Of a DNA stretch of 64,000 nucleotides, positions 13,701 through 26,093 are shown in pieces (within the stretch, counting starts at the first letter, position 1; each line of letters starts with the position of its first letter). The DNA lies in assembly GCA_951406725.2 (NCBI GenBank), contig OX597828.1, positions 51,646,001 to 51,710,000 of the forward strand. The letters run 5' to 3'. A program made the translations under genes and the position numbers. This stretch comes from Octopus vulgaris (lineage: Eukaryota). Under the pieces are notes generated by a model. It was not told the DNA's origin, ran no database searches, and was given only the letters and a program-made list of their open reading frames with translations.

Positions 13701-14246
13701 ATTCTTAGACGTATCTGTTGTGTCATTCGACTTTGCTCTTGTCTTTCAGCCATTTGATTATAATTTCCCTTTAAACGAATGTGTTGGTGTCGCGTTCGAT
13801 CTTGTTCTAGTATTTCAGCCCTTCGTTCGTAATTTTAAACGTTGGGTTTGTTGTCTTTCTAGTCTATGTTGTCTCTGTTTTTCAGTTTCAAGTCTTAATT
13901 GCTCTCTTTTGATTTACTCGTCTTTCTCTGTTTAGTTGATATCTCACACTTTCCCAGATCCTTTTAACTTTGGGTGTCAAAAAACTCAAACCAAGCATTT
14001 TTGGTGGCATCAGGGAAAAATATTCTTATGATTTCTTATAAAAATTATCTCATCTATATGATACTCTATTCCTAAAGTTGTATAAATAATTAAGAGGAGA
14101 AAAAAGAAAGTAATAAAGAAGAACTGACAGAGGTAATGTGACGACTCTTCGAAATTGCGCCGTCGAAAACAACAAATTCAACTTGATTTTTTTTAATGTT
14201 TTTTTTTGAAGGGGCAAATGACTATTTGATTTTTAATATAGATAGA
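10752..14246 (-). mobile_element. Decayed autonomous Helitron (RepHel), 3'-truncated
   Basis: 5' end A|TCTATCTATATTAAAA at 14246 and ATG MPPK at 14010. Motifs in order: CPHFRALKF, FRKYARQFN..FQITSF, DPMQYVLF, STVTGGPRY, TVECQRRRLP (Rep HUH motif), MIHGP, IHERAPAIVRLQLHLP, EPGRTGKNF (Walker A), IIWDDISM (Walker B). Many stops and frameshifts. Confidence 0.92.
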
Positions 14247-14258
14247 TAATTGAATAGT

Positions 14259-14645
14259 GGAGGCGCAGTGGCCCAGTGATTAGGGCAGCGGACTCGCGGT
14301 CATAGGATCGCGGTTTCGATTCCCAGACCGGGTGTTCTGAGTGTTTATTGAGCGAAAACACCTAAAAAGCTCCACGAGACTCCGGCAGGGGATGGTGGTG
14401 ATCCCTGCTGTACTCTTTCACCACAACTTTCTCTCACTCTTACTTCCTGTTTCTGTTGTACCTGTATTTCAAGGGGCCGGCCTTGTCACTCTCTGTGTCA
14501 CGCTGAATATCACCGAGAACTACGTTAAGGGTGCACGTGCCTGTGGAGTGCTCAGCCACTTACACGTTAATTTCACGAGCAGGCTGTTCCGTTGATTCGG
14601 ATCAACCGGAACCCTCGTCGTCGTAACCGACGGAGTGCTTCCACC
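14259..14645 (+). mobile_element. Full-length tRNA-derived SINE, family 2
   Basis: A/B boxes (TGGCCCAGTGAT, GGTTTCGATTCCC), 3' hairpin GTTGAT-TCGG-ATCAAC, and 12-bp TSD AGATAATTGAAT at 14244-14255 and 14646-14657. Confidence 0.92.
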
Positions 14646-15077
14646 AGATAATTGAATGACGTGTATTGAAATGCCATGCAATTGAAACAAACAAGCTACT
14701 ATTTCTAGAAATCAAAATCACAACCATATGTTCCTGAGGTGAACATGAGGACGGACATTTATATGTAAATATGTATGTATATGGTGTGTGTGTGTCTGTG
14801 TGTGTGTCTGTGTCTGTGTATGTATATGTATATGTATATGCACACATGGACCTATATAATAGACGTTTGCTGACGTACGCCACCCTCTCTTTGGATTATG
14901 TTTGATCTTACGTGCACACACTAACGATCAAGCACCCAAACACTCATACAAACACGCACACACGTGCGTACTTATATATATATGGGTATGTATATAGATT
15001 TACAGATAAAAATCTACAGTGTAATAAGTGGCAGATTAGTTCATGGAAAAGTACAATGTATGCAAACATTAATGAAT

Positions 15078-15328
15078 ACATTATTTACATTATTTACATT
15101 ATTTACATTTGACGGATATTTGTCCTCATTTTGTTTGTTGTTAACACAACGTTTCGGCTGATATACCCTCCTGCCTTCATCAGGTGACTTTGAGAAATTT
15201 CGAACCTGGGTTCTCATTCCTAGTCCATATACCCACGGGAATATGGCGTAGTGGTTAACAGCGCGAGCTATTAACCTCAAGATTCCGAGTTCGATTCCAA
15301 ACAGTAATAAAAATAATAATGATGATGA

Positions 15329-15375
<47 letters not shown>

Positions 15376-15550
15376 ATAATAATAATAATAGTAATAATAA
15401 TAATTACAACAACAACGACAAAAAAAACCTTAGAAATGAGAACCCAGGTTTGAAATTTTCCCAAGACACCTGATGATGATTGGAGAATATATATCAGCCG
15501 AAACGAAATGTAAAAAATGTATGTAATTCTTCATCGCTTAAATATAGAAT
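15078..15550 (+). mobile_element. tRNA-headed SINE with hammerhead motif and an inverted partial copy at its 5' side
   Basis: A box 15244-15254 and B box 15287-15298. HHR-like motifs at 15465-15505 (+) and 15143-15189 (-). 15150-15223 is an inverted copy of 15430-15505. Confidence 0.8.
15143..15189 (-). ncRNA. Minimal type-I hammerhead ribozyme motif
   Basis: GTCAC-CTGATGA-A-GGCAG..CAGCC-GAAACGTT-GTGTT: conserved core, stem II, palindromic AACGTT in place of stem III, and stem I CAC/GTG. Confidence 0.7.
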
Positions 15551-16339
15551 TGTATCAATGAAATCGTTTATATATGAGTGTGTGTGTGTGGTGGGGGTGG
15601 GGGTGGATGTGCGTGTAGTTACTTTTCCTTATAAAGGATTGAGTTAACATACCTTTTCTATACGATATCCATTCCACTGTCAAAACACTTTTGTAGATCA
15701 ACTGCAAAAAAACAAAAAAAAAATGGAAGACATTGTTATAAAATAATTATGGAATGGCTACTTGGCGTAATTACAGCAATATTGACAAATTTAGAAGATG
15801 ATGACACCGACGAGGAGACGATTACAATGACGATGGTGACGATAAGGATAATGGTGATAATGATAAGGATGATGACGTTAAAGATATTAAGGAGGAGGAG
15901 GACGGAGCGGAGGGGGAGGAGGCGGAGGAGGAAGAGGAGAGGAAAGGGCATGGTGGCAGCGACAGCAGAAACAACAACAACAACGACAATAATACTAAAA
16001 ATAGAAGTAGAATCACTGCAAGAAAAAAAGCAAGCAACAATGTCAGCGCACCTGTAATGATAATTATCACTACAGGACAATGAGAAGGCAATTAAAATCA
16101 AACCAGCACTATTAGTTGAACAAATGAGAATCTAATTAAAAAGTGCTTAATCGTGTAGCTGAGAGTTCTGTTACAACTTCTATATTTTGTTACTTGATAT
16201 CACACTATAAACAAAAGTAGATACTGGGAACAATTCATCATCATATTTTGGATATGAACAATTTGGAAATATCTTTAAGAGACAACACTCAAATGGAATT
16301 TCTCCTAAAATTGCTATGTGCATCCAAACACTATATATA

Positions 16340-16384
<45 letters not shown>

Positions 16385-16507
16385 CATATGTGTGTGTGTG
16401 TATGTATGTATATGTGTATATATATATACTTATATATATATATATAGAGAGAGATAGATAGATATATGTGTGTGCGTGTATGTGTGTATGTATATATATA
16501 TATATAT

Positions 16508-17529
16508 AAAAATAAATATAGGAGAGTGGTCACTATGTGGCTCACTCTAGCACTAGTAAATCCAAAAAGTTTCAACCACAAAAATACATGTTTCCCATGA
16601 AAGTCAGTACGATTGTTAGCTCACACGAACAGGGCAAATAAAAATAACAAAAATACAGATTATTTTGGGACAATTGTTTCGCTATTAATGAATTAAATGT
16701 AATTTTACTCACAAAAAACCCACTTGTAGCTCCTCAGCCAAAACTATCTGGATGAAATCCACTCAATCACACGCCAGATTTTACCATAACGATAAATACA
16801 CGTGTGGTTCAATTGATTACATCCGACGTTATAATTCAAATGCCCCTACCAACAGCGCGCCAAACTTTCACGGAAACAAATACTACATTTATTTCTAAAT
16901 GTAGCATAATTATAATTAATTAATAAGGGTGAGAGAATTAGATACTAATTTAATAGTATATCTATTCAACACCAAGTGGCCCAGTGCCCCGAGAAACCTG
17001 GATTATTATAATATTTTATAATATATTATAATATTTTATACAGTATTTGTTTCCGTGAAAGTTTGGCGCGCTGTTGGTAGGGGCATTTGAATTATAACGT
17101 CGGATGTAATCAATTGAACCACACGTGTATTTATCGTTATGGTAAAATCTGGCGTGTGATTGAGTGGATTTCATCCAGATAGTTTTGGCTGAGGAGCTTT
17201 TGTGAGTAAAATTACATTTAATTCATTAATAGCGAAACAATTGTCCCAAAATAATCTGTATTTTTGTTATTTTTATTTGCCCTGTTCGTGTGAGCTAACA
17301 ATCGTACTGACTTTCATGGGAAACATGTATTTTTGTGGTTAAAACTTTTTGGACTTACTAGTGCTAGAGTGAGCCACATAGTGACCACTCTCTTATATTT
17401 ATTTTTGTATAAAATATTATAATATATTATAAAATATTATAATAATCCAGGTTTCTCGGGGCACTGGGCCACTTGGTGTTGAATAGATATACTATTAAAT
17501 TAGTATCTAATTCTCTCACCCCTTATTAA

Positions 17530-17534
<5 letters not shown>
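16508..17534. repeat. Young interleaved inverted duplication A-B-A'-B' between (TA)n tracts
   Basis: A 16508-16884 pairs with A' 17042-17406 (about 3 substitutions and a ~12-bp indel by eye). B 16915-17042 pairs with B' 17406-17534. Confidence 0.92.
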
Positions 17535-17583
<49 letters not shown>

Positions 17584-17644
17584 TATATAGCAGAAGAAAT
17601 AATCGGAACTTGTGTCACACTGTTGCCTTTGCTAGTTGACAATA

Positions 17645-18028
17645 GGTAGGAGCACTACGTCGGTTGCGACGATGAGGGTCCCAGCTGATACGATCAACGG
17701 AACAGCTTGCTCGTGATATTAACGTGCAAGTGGCTGAGCACTCCACAGACACGTGTACCCTTAACGTAGTTATCGAGGAGATTCAGCGTGACACAGAGTG
17801 TGACAAGGCCGGCCCCTTGAAATACAGGTACAACAGAAACAGGAAGAAAGAGCGTGAGAAAGTTGTGGTGAAAGAGTACAGCAGGGTTCACCACCATCCC
17901 CTGCAGGAGACTCGTGGAGCTTTAGGTGTTTTCGCTCAATAAGCACTCACAACGCCCGGTCTGGGAATCGAAACCGCGATCCTCCGACCGCGTGTCCGCT
18001 GCCCTAACCACTTGGCCATTGCGCCTCC
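17645..18028 (-). mobile_element. Full-length family-2 SINE
   Basis: Homologous to 14259-14645, with 14-bp TSD GCTAGTTGACAATA at 17631-17644 and 18029-18042. Confidence 0.92.
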
Positions 18029-18129
18029 GCTAGTTGACAATAAAAATATGCATATACATATATTTTGAGTAGTATTTTCTAAGTAACCATCCTTGGTTGT
18101 TTTTTTTCCCAAAATATTTAAAGCGTGAG

Positions 18130-18848
18130 CAAAATCCGCACGTGTATTAGGTGATCGCGTCCTTCCTGATCATGCGCTCTTCCTGGGCATGCATCCTATC
18201 TTAGCAAGAGTCACCGAACGCATAGAGCAAAGATACTGTATCGAATTCTTTGAAAGACTTAGTGATATGCAAACCCAGGCTATCAAGAAAATTCAGAAGG
18301 CTTTTGGATATGATGCTCTGGGAAAAGTACCAAATAAAGCAGTGGTACAACAGGTTCAAAGGTGACCGCACCTCAGTGAACAATGAACAACGTTATGACA
18401 GATTATCAACTAGTAGAAACGACTAAATGGTTGTAATGGCTCGAGGAATAACCTATGAATACTATCATGTGACTATTGATAAGATTGTCTTCGAAGTTGG
18501 AATCAGCCATTGGTCAGCTGAGCCAATTCATTGCGCCCTCGTAGTACAAGCGATCCTCGTCAAGCAAAATACACCACTTGTTTGTCAGATTTTTCCACTA
18601 CCCAGACAAGGCTCCGTATGACTTTTGGCTATTCCCAAAGCTCAAGAACAAAGAAAAACTCAAAGGACAATATTTGAGTCAACATAGGGCATTAAGCTAA
18701 ATTCGACGGCCCAGCTCTACAGCATCCCAAACAGGGATTTACAGGTATGTTTCCAGCAGTGGCAGGAACACTGGGGGAAGTGCGTAGAGTCCCAAGGCGA
18801 ATACTTTGAAATGAAAATGGTGCGATGTTTTTTGACTACACATCGTAT
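18130..18848 (+). mobile_element. Internally deleted, decayed mariner transposon
   Basis: N-terminus TERIEQRYCIEF..IQKAFGYDAL..QWYNRFKGDRTSV. C-terminus PDKAPYDFWLFPKLK..CFQQWQEHWGKCVESQGEYFE. Right end TTTTTGACTACACATCG-TA. Most of the catalytic domain is missing. Confidence 0.85.
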
Positions 18849-18876
18849 ATATAAATACACACACACACAAACGCAT

Positions 18877-18922
<46 letters not shown>

Positions 18923-19091
18923 GTATGTATATACACATAAATATATATATACTGTTAAAAAAGTTGGCATGCGTTCAGTTATTCCATAAATGAAAAATGC
19001 ATGAGAGAGAGAGAGAGAGAGAGAGGAGGAGGAGAGAGATGTATAGAAAGATAGATAGACAGACAGGTAGACAGATAGATTGACAAGAAGT

Positions 19092-19306
<215 letters not shown>

Positions 19307-21257
19307 GTAAATTATATCTATCCTGCACACGAAGGAGAGCAGTGCTTCATAATCAAAGAAAACTACCACGAAATAATAACAACTTTGGTACTCGAAAATA
19401 CAACGAGAGAAAAATTCATAAATGTGATTAAAACTAAACACCAAGGAACAAAAATATGTGTTTTATCGATATAAAACTAGATGTTAATGTATGAGCTGGA
19501 CATTCGCAACGGTGAAGAAAATGAATATTTGGTAGGCGACGAAACTACAGAAATGTTGATAAAACCAAAGAGAATAGAATTTAGGGTTCTAATGCATAAT
19601 CAGAATAATGAAAATATAGAGTGCTGGAAAGAAAGGGGCTGAGACAGAAAGTGTGGGAGAGAGAGATGGGGAGTAAGAGAAGATTGCGTGGATAATATCT
19701 CTGAAGGCCGACCCGAAATGTAAGAAGAAAGATTGTAGACGAACAATGGCAAAATATTCTATGCTAGATGCAGAATTAAAAGGTGTGCCTAAAGGCCTAG
19801 CATCGCTAGCAAGTAAAGAATGTGTTCAGAAATGAAATAAATAATATCAATGATCCTACGTAAAAGCTTCTTTTTATTAAGTTGAACACATTGCCTCTGG
19901 GAGTTCAAATCTTGCCATCTCCTATATATTTACAGACAAGTTTCAATGGGCAGCTCTATAAATTGAATAGACTACCAGTCCTTCAAACGAATCATGAACA
20001 TATCAAAAAAGCTCCAGAGATTCAAGAAATATAAAGAAATATAATTCCAAGCTGATTGTAGCAAGAAAAAGAAAAAGAAGATACTAGCAGGAAAAAGGGA
20101 CTACTTCTGTTTACCTGTATTGTCTGGCATCAAAAAATTCCAAACAAGTTATAAAAAGACCATTCATAATTCAGAATTTCGGTAAAAGCTTTCCTCTGCA
20201 GAATTAACTTCAGTATATATGCTTTCAGATGACAGACAACGGGAAGCAGTGTAACATGTGATGCAGATTCTTCTTAAGAAAAGTCGGATAAAAATTCGGT
20301 TTGGAAAAATGTAAAAACAAGCTTTAACACTAGAAGCTTCAAACCAAATAGGGAAATAGAATTGCTTAGGAAGTAATCAATTAGGACGAATAGATGACAG
20401 AAAAGGATACTCATTGCGATAAATTGATAAGTTAACCTAATTAAATAAATTATTTTCTATTGTAAGTTACAATTATTGTTTCCTCATCCTTGTTTCCACA
20501 CCTGTCTAAATTAAGTCTATTATTTTGGTTGGCTTCCTTAAAGACCGAAATACCAACGTAGATACTGAAAACAAAAAACACATACAGATAAAGCAACATA
20601 GCGGTACAAGACTTTTCGTGTATGAGCCAGAGTGCTTCAGACGCGTTACAAAAACCATGTTACTCCACTGGAATGCAGGTTGCTGGTTGTTAATCGACAT
20701 ACAAGCATAAGGTCTTCCTAATGCAGACTACCGAATTTATAAAATAAAGCTAAGAAAATTAATGATGGCCGACAGGTATAATGTTAAGAAACATTTACCG
20801 ACATTTTGTACAGAGGCCTCTTTTAAGAGCAGACAAAATCATTTCCTATGCAGGAAATTATCGCAGTTTTATAAAATATGTGAATGTGATACATACTACA
20901 AGTACGCTTAAAACATTTCAAATATAATAGTCAGGGAATAAAATACAACATTTTTATACGTATAAAGACCTAAAACGAGAGAAAGCAAATGATGGAGGCT
21001 TTCAGATGATGAATTTTATGTATAAATATATAGATGTTTATATTAATAGGGCCAACTTACATAGAGTGCAAACGACAGAGAACATTAAAGGGGCCAATGA
21101 AAAGTGTTATAGGTCCAACAGCTGCCTGAAGACTTGGAGGCAACAATTTTTACCTTATGAAATAAATTCCATGTAAAGAAGCAGGAGTCTAAGTTTAAAT
21201 CTTTAGAGCATTGGGTAAGTTTTCTATACTGACAATCTCTGGAGCTCATATGTGGAC

Positions 21258-21289
<32 letters not shown>

Positions 21290-21324
21290 CATACATATAT
21301 GTGTGTGTATGTGTGTGTATGTGT

Positions 21325-21452
21325 GAAGGCACATGGCCTTGTGGGTAGAGCATTGGACTCGCGGTCGATGGATCGCGCGTTCGAATCTCAGAGCAGGTAA
21401 TGTGTGTGTTTATGAGCGAAACACCTAACCTCCATACGGCCCCGGCAGAAGG
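21325..21452 (+). mobile_element. SINE tRNA-like head fragment (related to family 2)
   Basis: GAAGGCACATGGCCTTGTGGGTAG..GTTCGAATCTC..GAGCGAAACACCTAA. Confidence 0.7.
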
Positions 21453-21745
21453 TATCAAAACTGATAATCCTGTATCTAAAGAAAAATTTAAACAAGAAAT
21501 GAATTTTAAAAAACCATGGATGGAAAAGAAAATGGATAGTCAGTTTGTTTGTAAGAGATGTGAACACCAAGACAGATGCAGAGGACTGGTGGCTATGGAT
21601 GAGGAGGAGTGACCTGAATATAGAGATTGAAACACTCATATGCGCGGCTGAGGAACAAGCGTTAAGGACCAATTATATGAAGTGCAGAATAGACAATACT
21701 ACCGTTAGCGAAAAATGCAGAATGTGTGGTGAGAGGAGTGAAACA
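21453..21745 (+). pseudogene. R4/Dong-clade non-LTR retrotransposon ORF fragment (pre-CCHC region)
   Basis: WLWMRRSDLNIEIETLICAAEEQALRTNYMKCRIDNTTVSEKCRMCGERSET matches the R4/Dong AAQEQALRT..CRMC motif. Confidence 0.85.
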
Positions 21746-21848
21746 AAAATATTTTCATTTCATTGATGAACGGTGCCTAATTTTCTTTTACTCACTCTAT
21801 CTCTCTATCTATCTACAGACGCACACACCCACCCACACTCTAAATGTC

Positions 21849-21888
<40 letters not shown>

Positions 21889-22461
21889 AACAACAACAAC
21901 AGGATTTTTATTCGATGAATGCTGACTTTTCTACTGGTAAACATTAAGAGGAATATGTAAGATAAGTAACTAAGATTTTTGCGCCTCAATATTATTTGTT
22001 CTGAATCTCTATGGATATTTGATTGTTTTGGAAGATTTTCTGCTTAAAAAGTTGCAAAGTTAACAAAAATATAAAATAAGTAAGTAAATAGTAATTTTTA
22101 AGTCATAAAATTAAAATATTGTCTATTGAAAGAAAGCTTGATAATGTTGTCTGTTTATGGAAAGCGAAATATAAAAGGAAGTAATTGTAAATATTTACAA
22201 ATACTTGCCAATACAGTGACATATATAAATATTTATGAATGAAGACATTTGCGAAGGCGGTGAAGTTTGTCTTCAAGTTCTCTTTCCATTTCAGGCGGTA
22301 AAGAGAGAGCGAGAGAAACAGACAGACATATAGAAAGGTAGCGATAGAGAACGCGTAGATGTTGCTGGAAAAGAAAACAATAAATGTCTGTGTGTATGCC
22401 GTTCATGTAATCTTGTGTAATTTTATACTTTGTATGGTTACTTATAAATATATAAACAAAC

Positions 22462-22513
<52 letters not shown>

Positions 22514-23186
22514 GCACACAAATATGCTAATTTGTTTTGAAGTCCGTGCTCCGTTTGGTTAAATATGCTCATCCACCTGCGATGGAGAATGAATCAGAAA
22601 GCAGCGGTTAACAAGAGTGCGACAAAGGCGAAGAACAGCCAGTCACACCCTGGGAGAATTGAACGCAAGAAGATTAAACAATACATTAGGATTATTAAGT
22701 GAATCGTAAGAAGTGAGACAGGAAAGACGAGCGCAAGGCAAACGTGAAAAGGAACACCTAATTGCACAAAGGAGAGATATCCAAAAAGGAGAGGGAGAGA
22801 GTGAGAGCAACACAAAAGATGAAACAGAAGAGCAAGAAGCAGGGGAGAGAGAATATCGAAGAAGGAGAGAATCGCAAAGGCGACAAGATGGAAAGGAAGA
22901 AGAAGCAGCGCAAAGGTGAGAAATCGAAAGACAGAACATTGAGAAGAATGGAAGAATTAAATAATACTGAAAGGGACCATCCAAAACAAGCTGCACTAAT
23001 TGTTGGCAGGGTTTTCACTAGAAACGTGGAGCTGAAGCAATTACTGAGACAAAGGCTGTAAAGATTATATTTTAGTGTTATTCCGTCATTTCTGACTGCA
23101 CGGGTATACTACTAATAATAATGATAATAATAATAATAGCAAAAATTCAAAGACGTGAATGTGAATATCAGTATAAATAAATAAAT

Positions 23187-23248
<62 letters not shown>

Positions 23249-23697
23249 CATACATACACATATATATATATATATATATATATAATTGTTTTCTCTACCA
23301 GTAATGACAAATAGAACAGGTTGAATTACTTCTTCTCAAGGGCAAGTTCAGCGCTCCCAGTGGTCACTGGCAGTAGTAAACGCATTTGACCCAAAGGTTG
23401 CGAAGATTCTTTTGTCTCTATGGCTGAACTCCCCACCAAATACCGAATCTATTTATAGACCTGTAGAATTGAATGGGGGTGGCAAAAGCTGAAAATAAAG
23501 AACATTTACCAAAATCATTTAATAATGAATGGAATTAGTAATAATGACAATATCAGTAGTAGTGGCGGTGATGCTGAAAATAATAAAAATAAAAATAATA
23601 ATAATATGCTGCAGCTGCTAATACTACAAATATTTCAACTACTAATATTCTGATAGCACAGGAATCTGAGGCCCAAACAATAATACCCCTGATATCA

Positions 23698-23724
23698 GTG
23701 ACGACGACGACGACGACGACGATA

Positions 23725-23787
<63 letters not shown>

Positions 23788-23800
23788 GTGATGATGATGG

Positions 23801-23831
<31 letters not shown>

Positions 23832-23863
23832 GATGGTAGTGGTGGTGGTGATGATGGTGATGA

Positions 23864-23895
<32 letters not shown>

Positions 23896-23956
23896 ATGAT
23901 GATGATGATGATGGTGGTGGTGATGATGGTGATGATGATGATGATGGTGGTGGTGG

Positions 23957-24008
<52 letters not shown>

Positions 24009-24083
24009 GGTGGTGATGATGATGATGATGATGATGATGTTGTGGTGGTGGTGGTGGTGATGATGAGGATGATGATGATGATG

Positions 24084-24113
<30 letters not shown>
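23698..24113. repeat. (GAT/GGT)n microsatellite
   Basis: Seen directly. Confidence 0.95.
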
Positions 24114-24120
<7 letters not shown>

Positions 24121-24400
24121 GAAACGGCTGGCCGTGTACCTTTAATAGAAAGGATTTTATTATAGTTGTTGCATATAGAAATGGTCATTTTGCCAGTTTT
24201 GCCAATAAATACACACGCACTATATATTTGGTGTTAATTAAGGGAGCGGCTGGAGTACTTGCAGAAAACAGTACTGCTTGGAACCACTAGAATACTCCGG
24301 AAGATGCTAAAAAAATAAGAGGTGTTACCTTAGTTCAGTGGTAGTGAACTGCTGACACTGTTGTACATCTCCAGCGTTAGAAGCTGTGCAGAGTCAATTC

Positions 24401-24464
<64 letters not shown>

Positions 24465-24467
24465 TGG

Positions 24468-24544
<77 letters not shown>

Positions 24545-24548
24545 GTGG

Positions 24549-24600
<52 letters not shown>

Positions 24601-24927
24601 AATAATAATAATAATAATAATAATACTAATGATAGTAATTATAATAAAATTACGTTTATATATCTGTTTTGCAAGATTCTTGATGTGAAATCGTTTGTTG
24701 AAACAGATGTTGTATTTAGGATTAGTTATTTTTGCCAGTTTAGCGAAAGAACTCTGGCCGAAATACGATTAAGATTAATGTAAAAACTAAATAAAGCTGA
24801 AGCAAATTAACACCAAATATGTAGTGCTTGCGCCTTTATTGGCAAAACTGGCAAAATGACCATTCCTAAATACAGCAACAAGAATAAAGTCCTTTCTATT
24901 AAAGGTATTGAAGCCGTTTCAGAAAAT
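24114..24927. repeat. Imperfect ~125-bp inverted repeat pair (24114-24239 and 24805-24927)
   Basis: ATTTTCTGAAACGGCT..GGTCATTTTGCCAGTTTTGCCAATAAA..TTTGGTGTTAATT and its reverse complement. Confidence 0.85.
24250..24400 (+). mobile_element. R4/Dong-type LINE 3' end followed by (TAA)n
   Basis: LEYLQKTVLLGTTRILRKMLKK* matches the Dong C-terminal LQKxxLLGTxRILR motif. Short UTR, then (TAA)n. Confidence 0.8.
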
Positions 24928-24929
24928 GG

Positions 24930-25040
24930 GGTAAGTCGACTTCATCGAACCCAGTGTTTAACTGGTACTTATCGACTCCAAAAAGATGAAAGGCAATATC
25001 ATGATCGGCGGAATTTGAACTCAGAACGTGAAGACGAAGA
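24930..25040 (-). mobile_element. Decayed family-3 SINE fragment
   Basis: AACTGGTACTTAT..GATGAAAGGCA..GGCGGAATTTGAACTCAGAACG. Confidence 0.7.
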
Positions 25041-25580
25041 AGGAGGAGAACGTGGAGAAGGAGAAGAAGGAGGAGGAGGAGGAGGAGGAGGAACTAAATA
25101 GCGATAAGATGGATATGGACGATCCTGATCTGAAATAATCTGCCGCGATCAACCAATCAAATAGCAATGTGAGAAAATCTTTATAAATTAGGCGCCTCAT
25201 TGTACAACCCAAGGTATTTTTACTAATCTCTTTCTCATTAATATTTGTACCATGAATTATAAATAAATCCAACGCCATTCATCAAATATGACGACCAATA
25301 AAATACTAAAATAAAAATATTGCTTGTGGTCCCGCGATTTGTGAGTATTGTCTTCTTCCCAATACATACCAGTACAGAAATATCACAAATACAGTATGAC
25401 TAATAACAACTGATGCAAGAAACGCACGCGGAAAATTTAAGAGGAACGGCCAAAAGAGAGCATAGAAAAGGCTACGATTTCAGAATGATAATGCAAAGAA
25501 TATGCGAACTCTCCAATTATTCAAAGTTAATATATAAATTGGTGCTACAAAAGCAACAACAAATACACGCATATCAGTGT

Positions 25581-25611
<31 letters not shown>

Positions 25612-26093
25612 TACACACACGCATATATATACTAAACCTGATCCCCATTTTATTAAGTTATCGCCTTTCACTTTGAGCGGATAAGAGACAAATTTGGCCG
25701 GGGCAAAATGAGTAAGCCGCTTCAATTTTCCAGAAAGCAAATTCTTAAGCATCAATATTGGAGGAAAGCCGTGAGTCGAGGAATAGTAGAATACACACAC
25801 TCGAGGAATAGTAGAGTGTGTGTAAACTGAGGGTTGGGCTTAATATGAGTGAGAAGGGGAGGTAAAACGATTGGGTTTGGAGTGACTTAAGGTATTTGGT
25901 AAGATACCCGTGTGCACCAAGGAAACGGTACCATTACTTTTGAAGTGGGATAGGCAGAATGAGCGAATGACAGGTGGAGAAAAAACAGAGAGAGGGGGAA
26001 GAGAGAGAAAAGTTGAGGCGAAGAGATGTTGAGTGAGAGGGCGAGAAAGTAAGAGGAATAGAGAAAGATGCGTCGAAAGAGAGGGAGATAGCT

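Noticed and set aside
14341-14595. Recurring ORF 'VIPAVLFHHNFLSLLLPVSVVPVFQGAG' (also at 17.7k, 32.5k, 55.6k)
   Set aside because: It is an incidental frame inside family-2 SINE copies.
15237-15300. tRNA-like sequences here and at the SINE heads
   Set aside because: A and B boxes are present but there is no proper acceptor stem or terminator. They are SINE heads, not tRNA genes.
19400-21240. A-rich, coding-like tract suggestive of an old LINE
   Set aside because: No motif could be read with confidence by eye; needs a frameshift-aware search.
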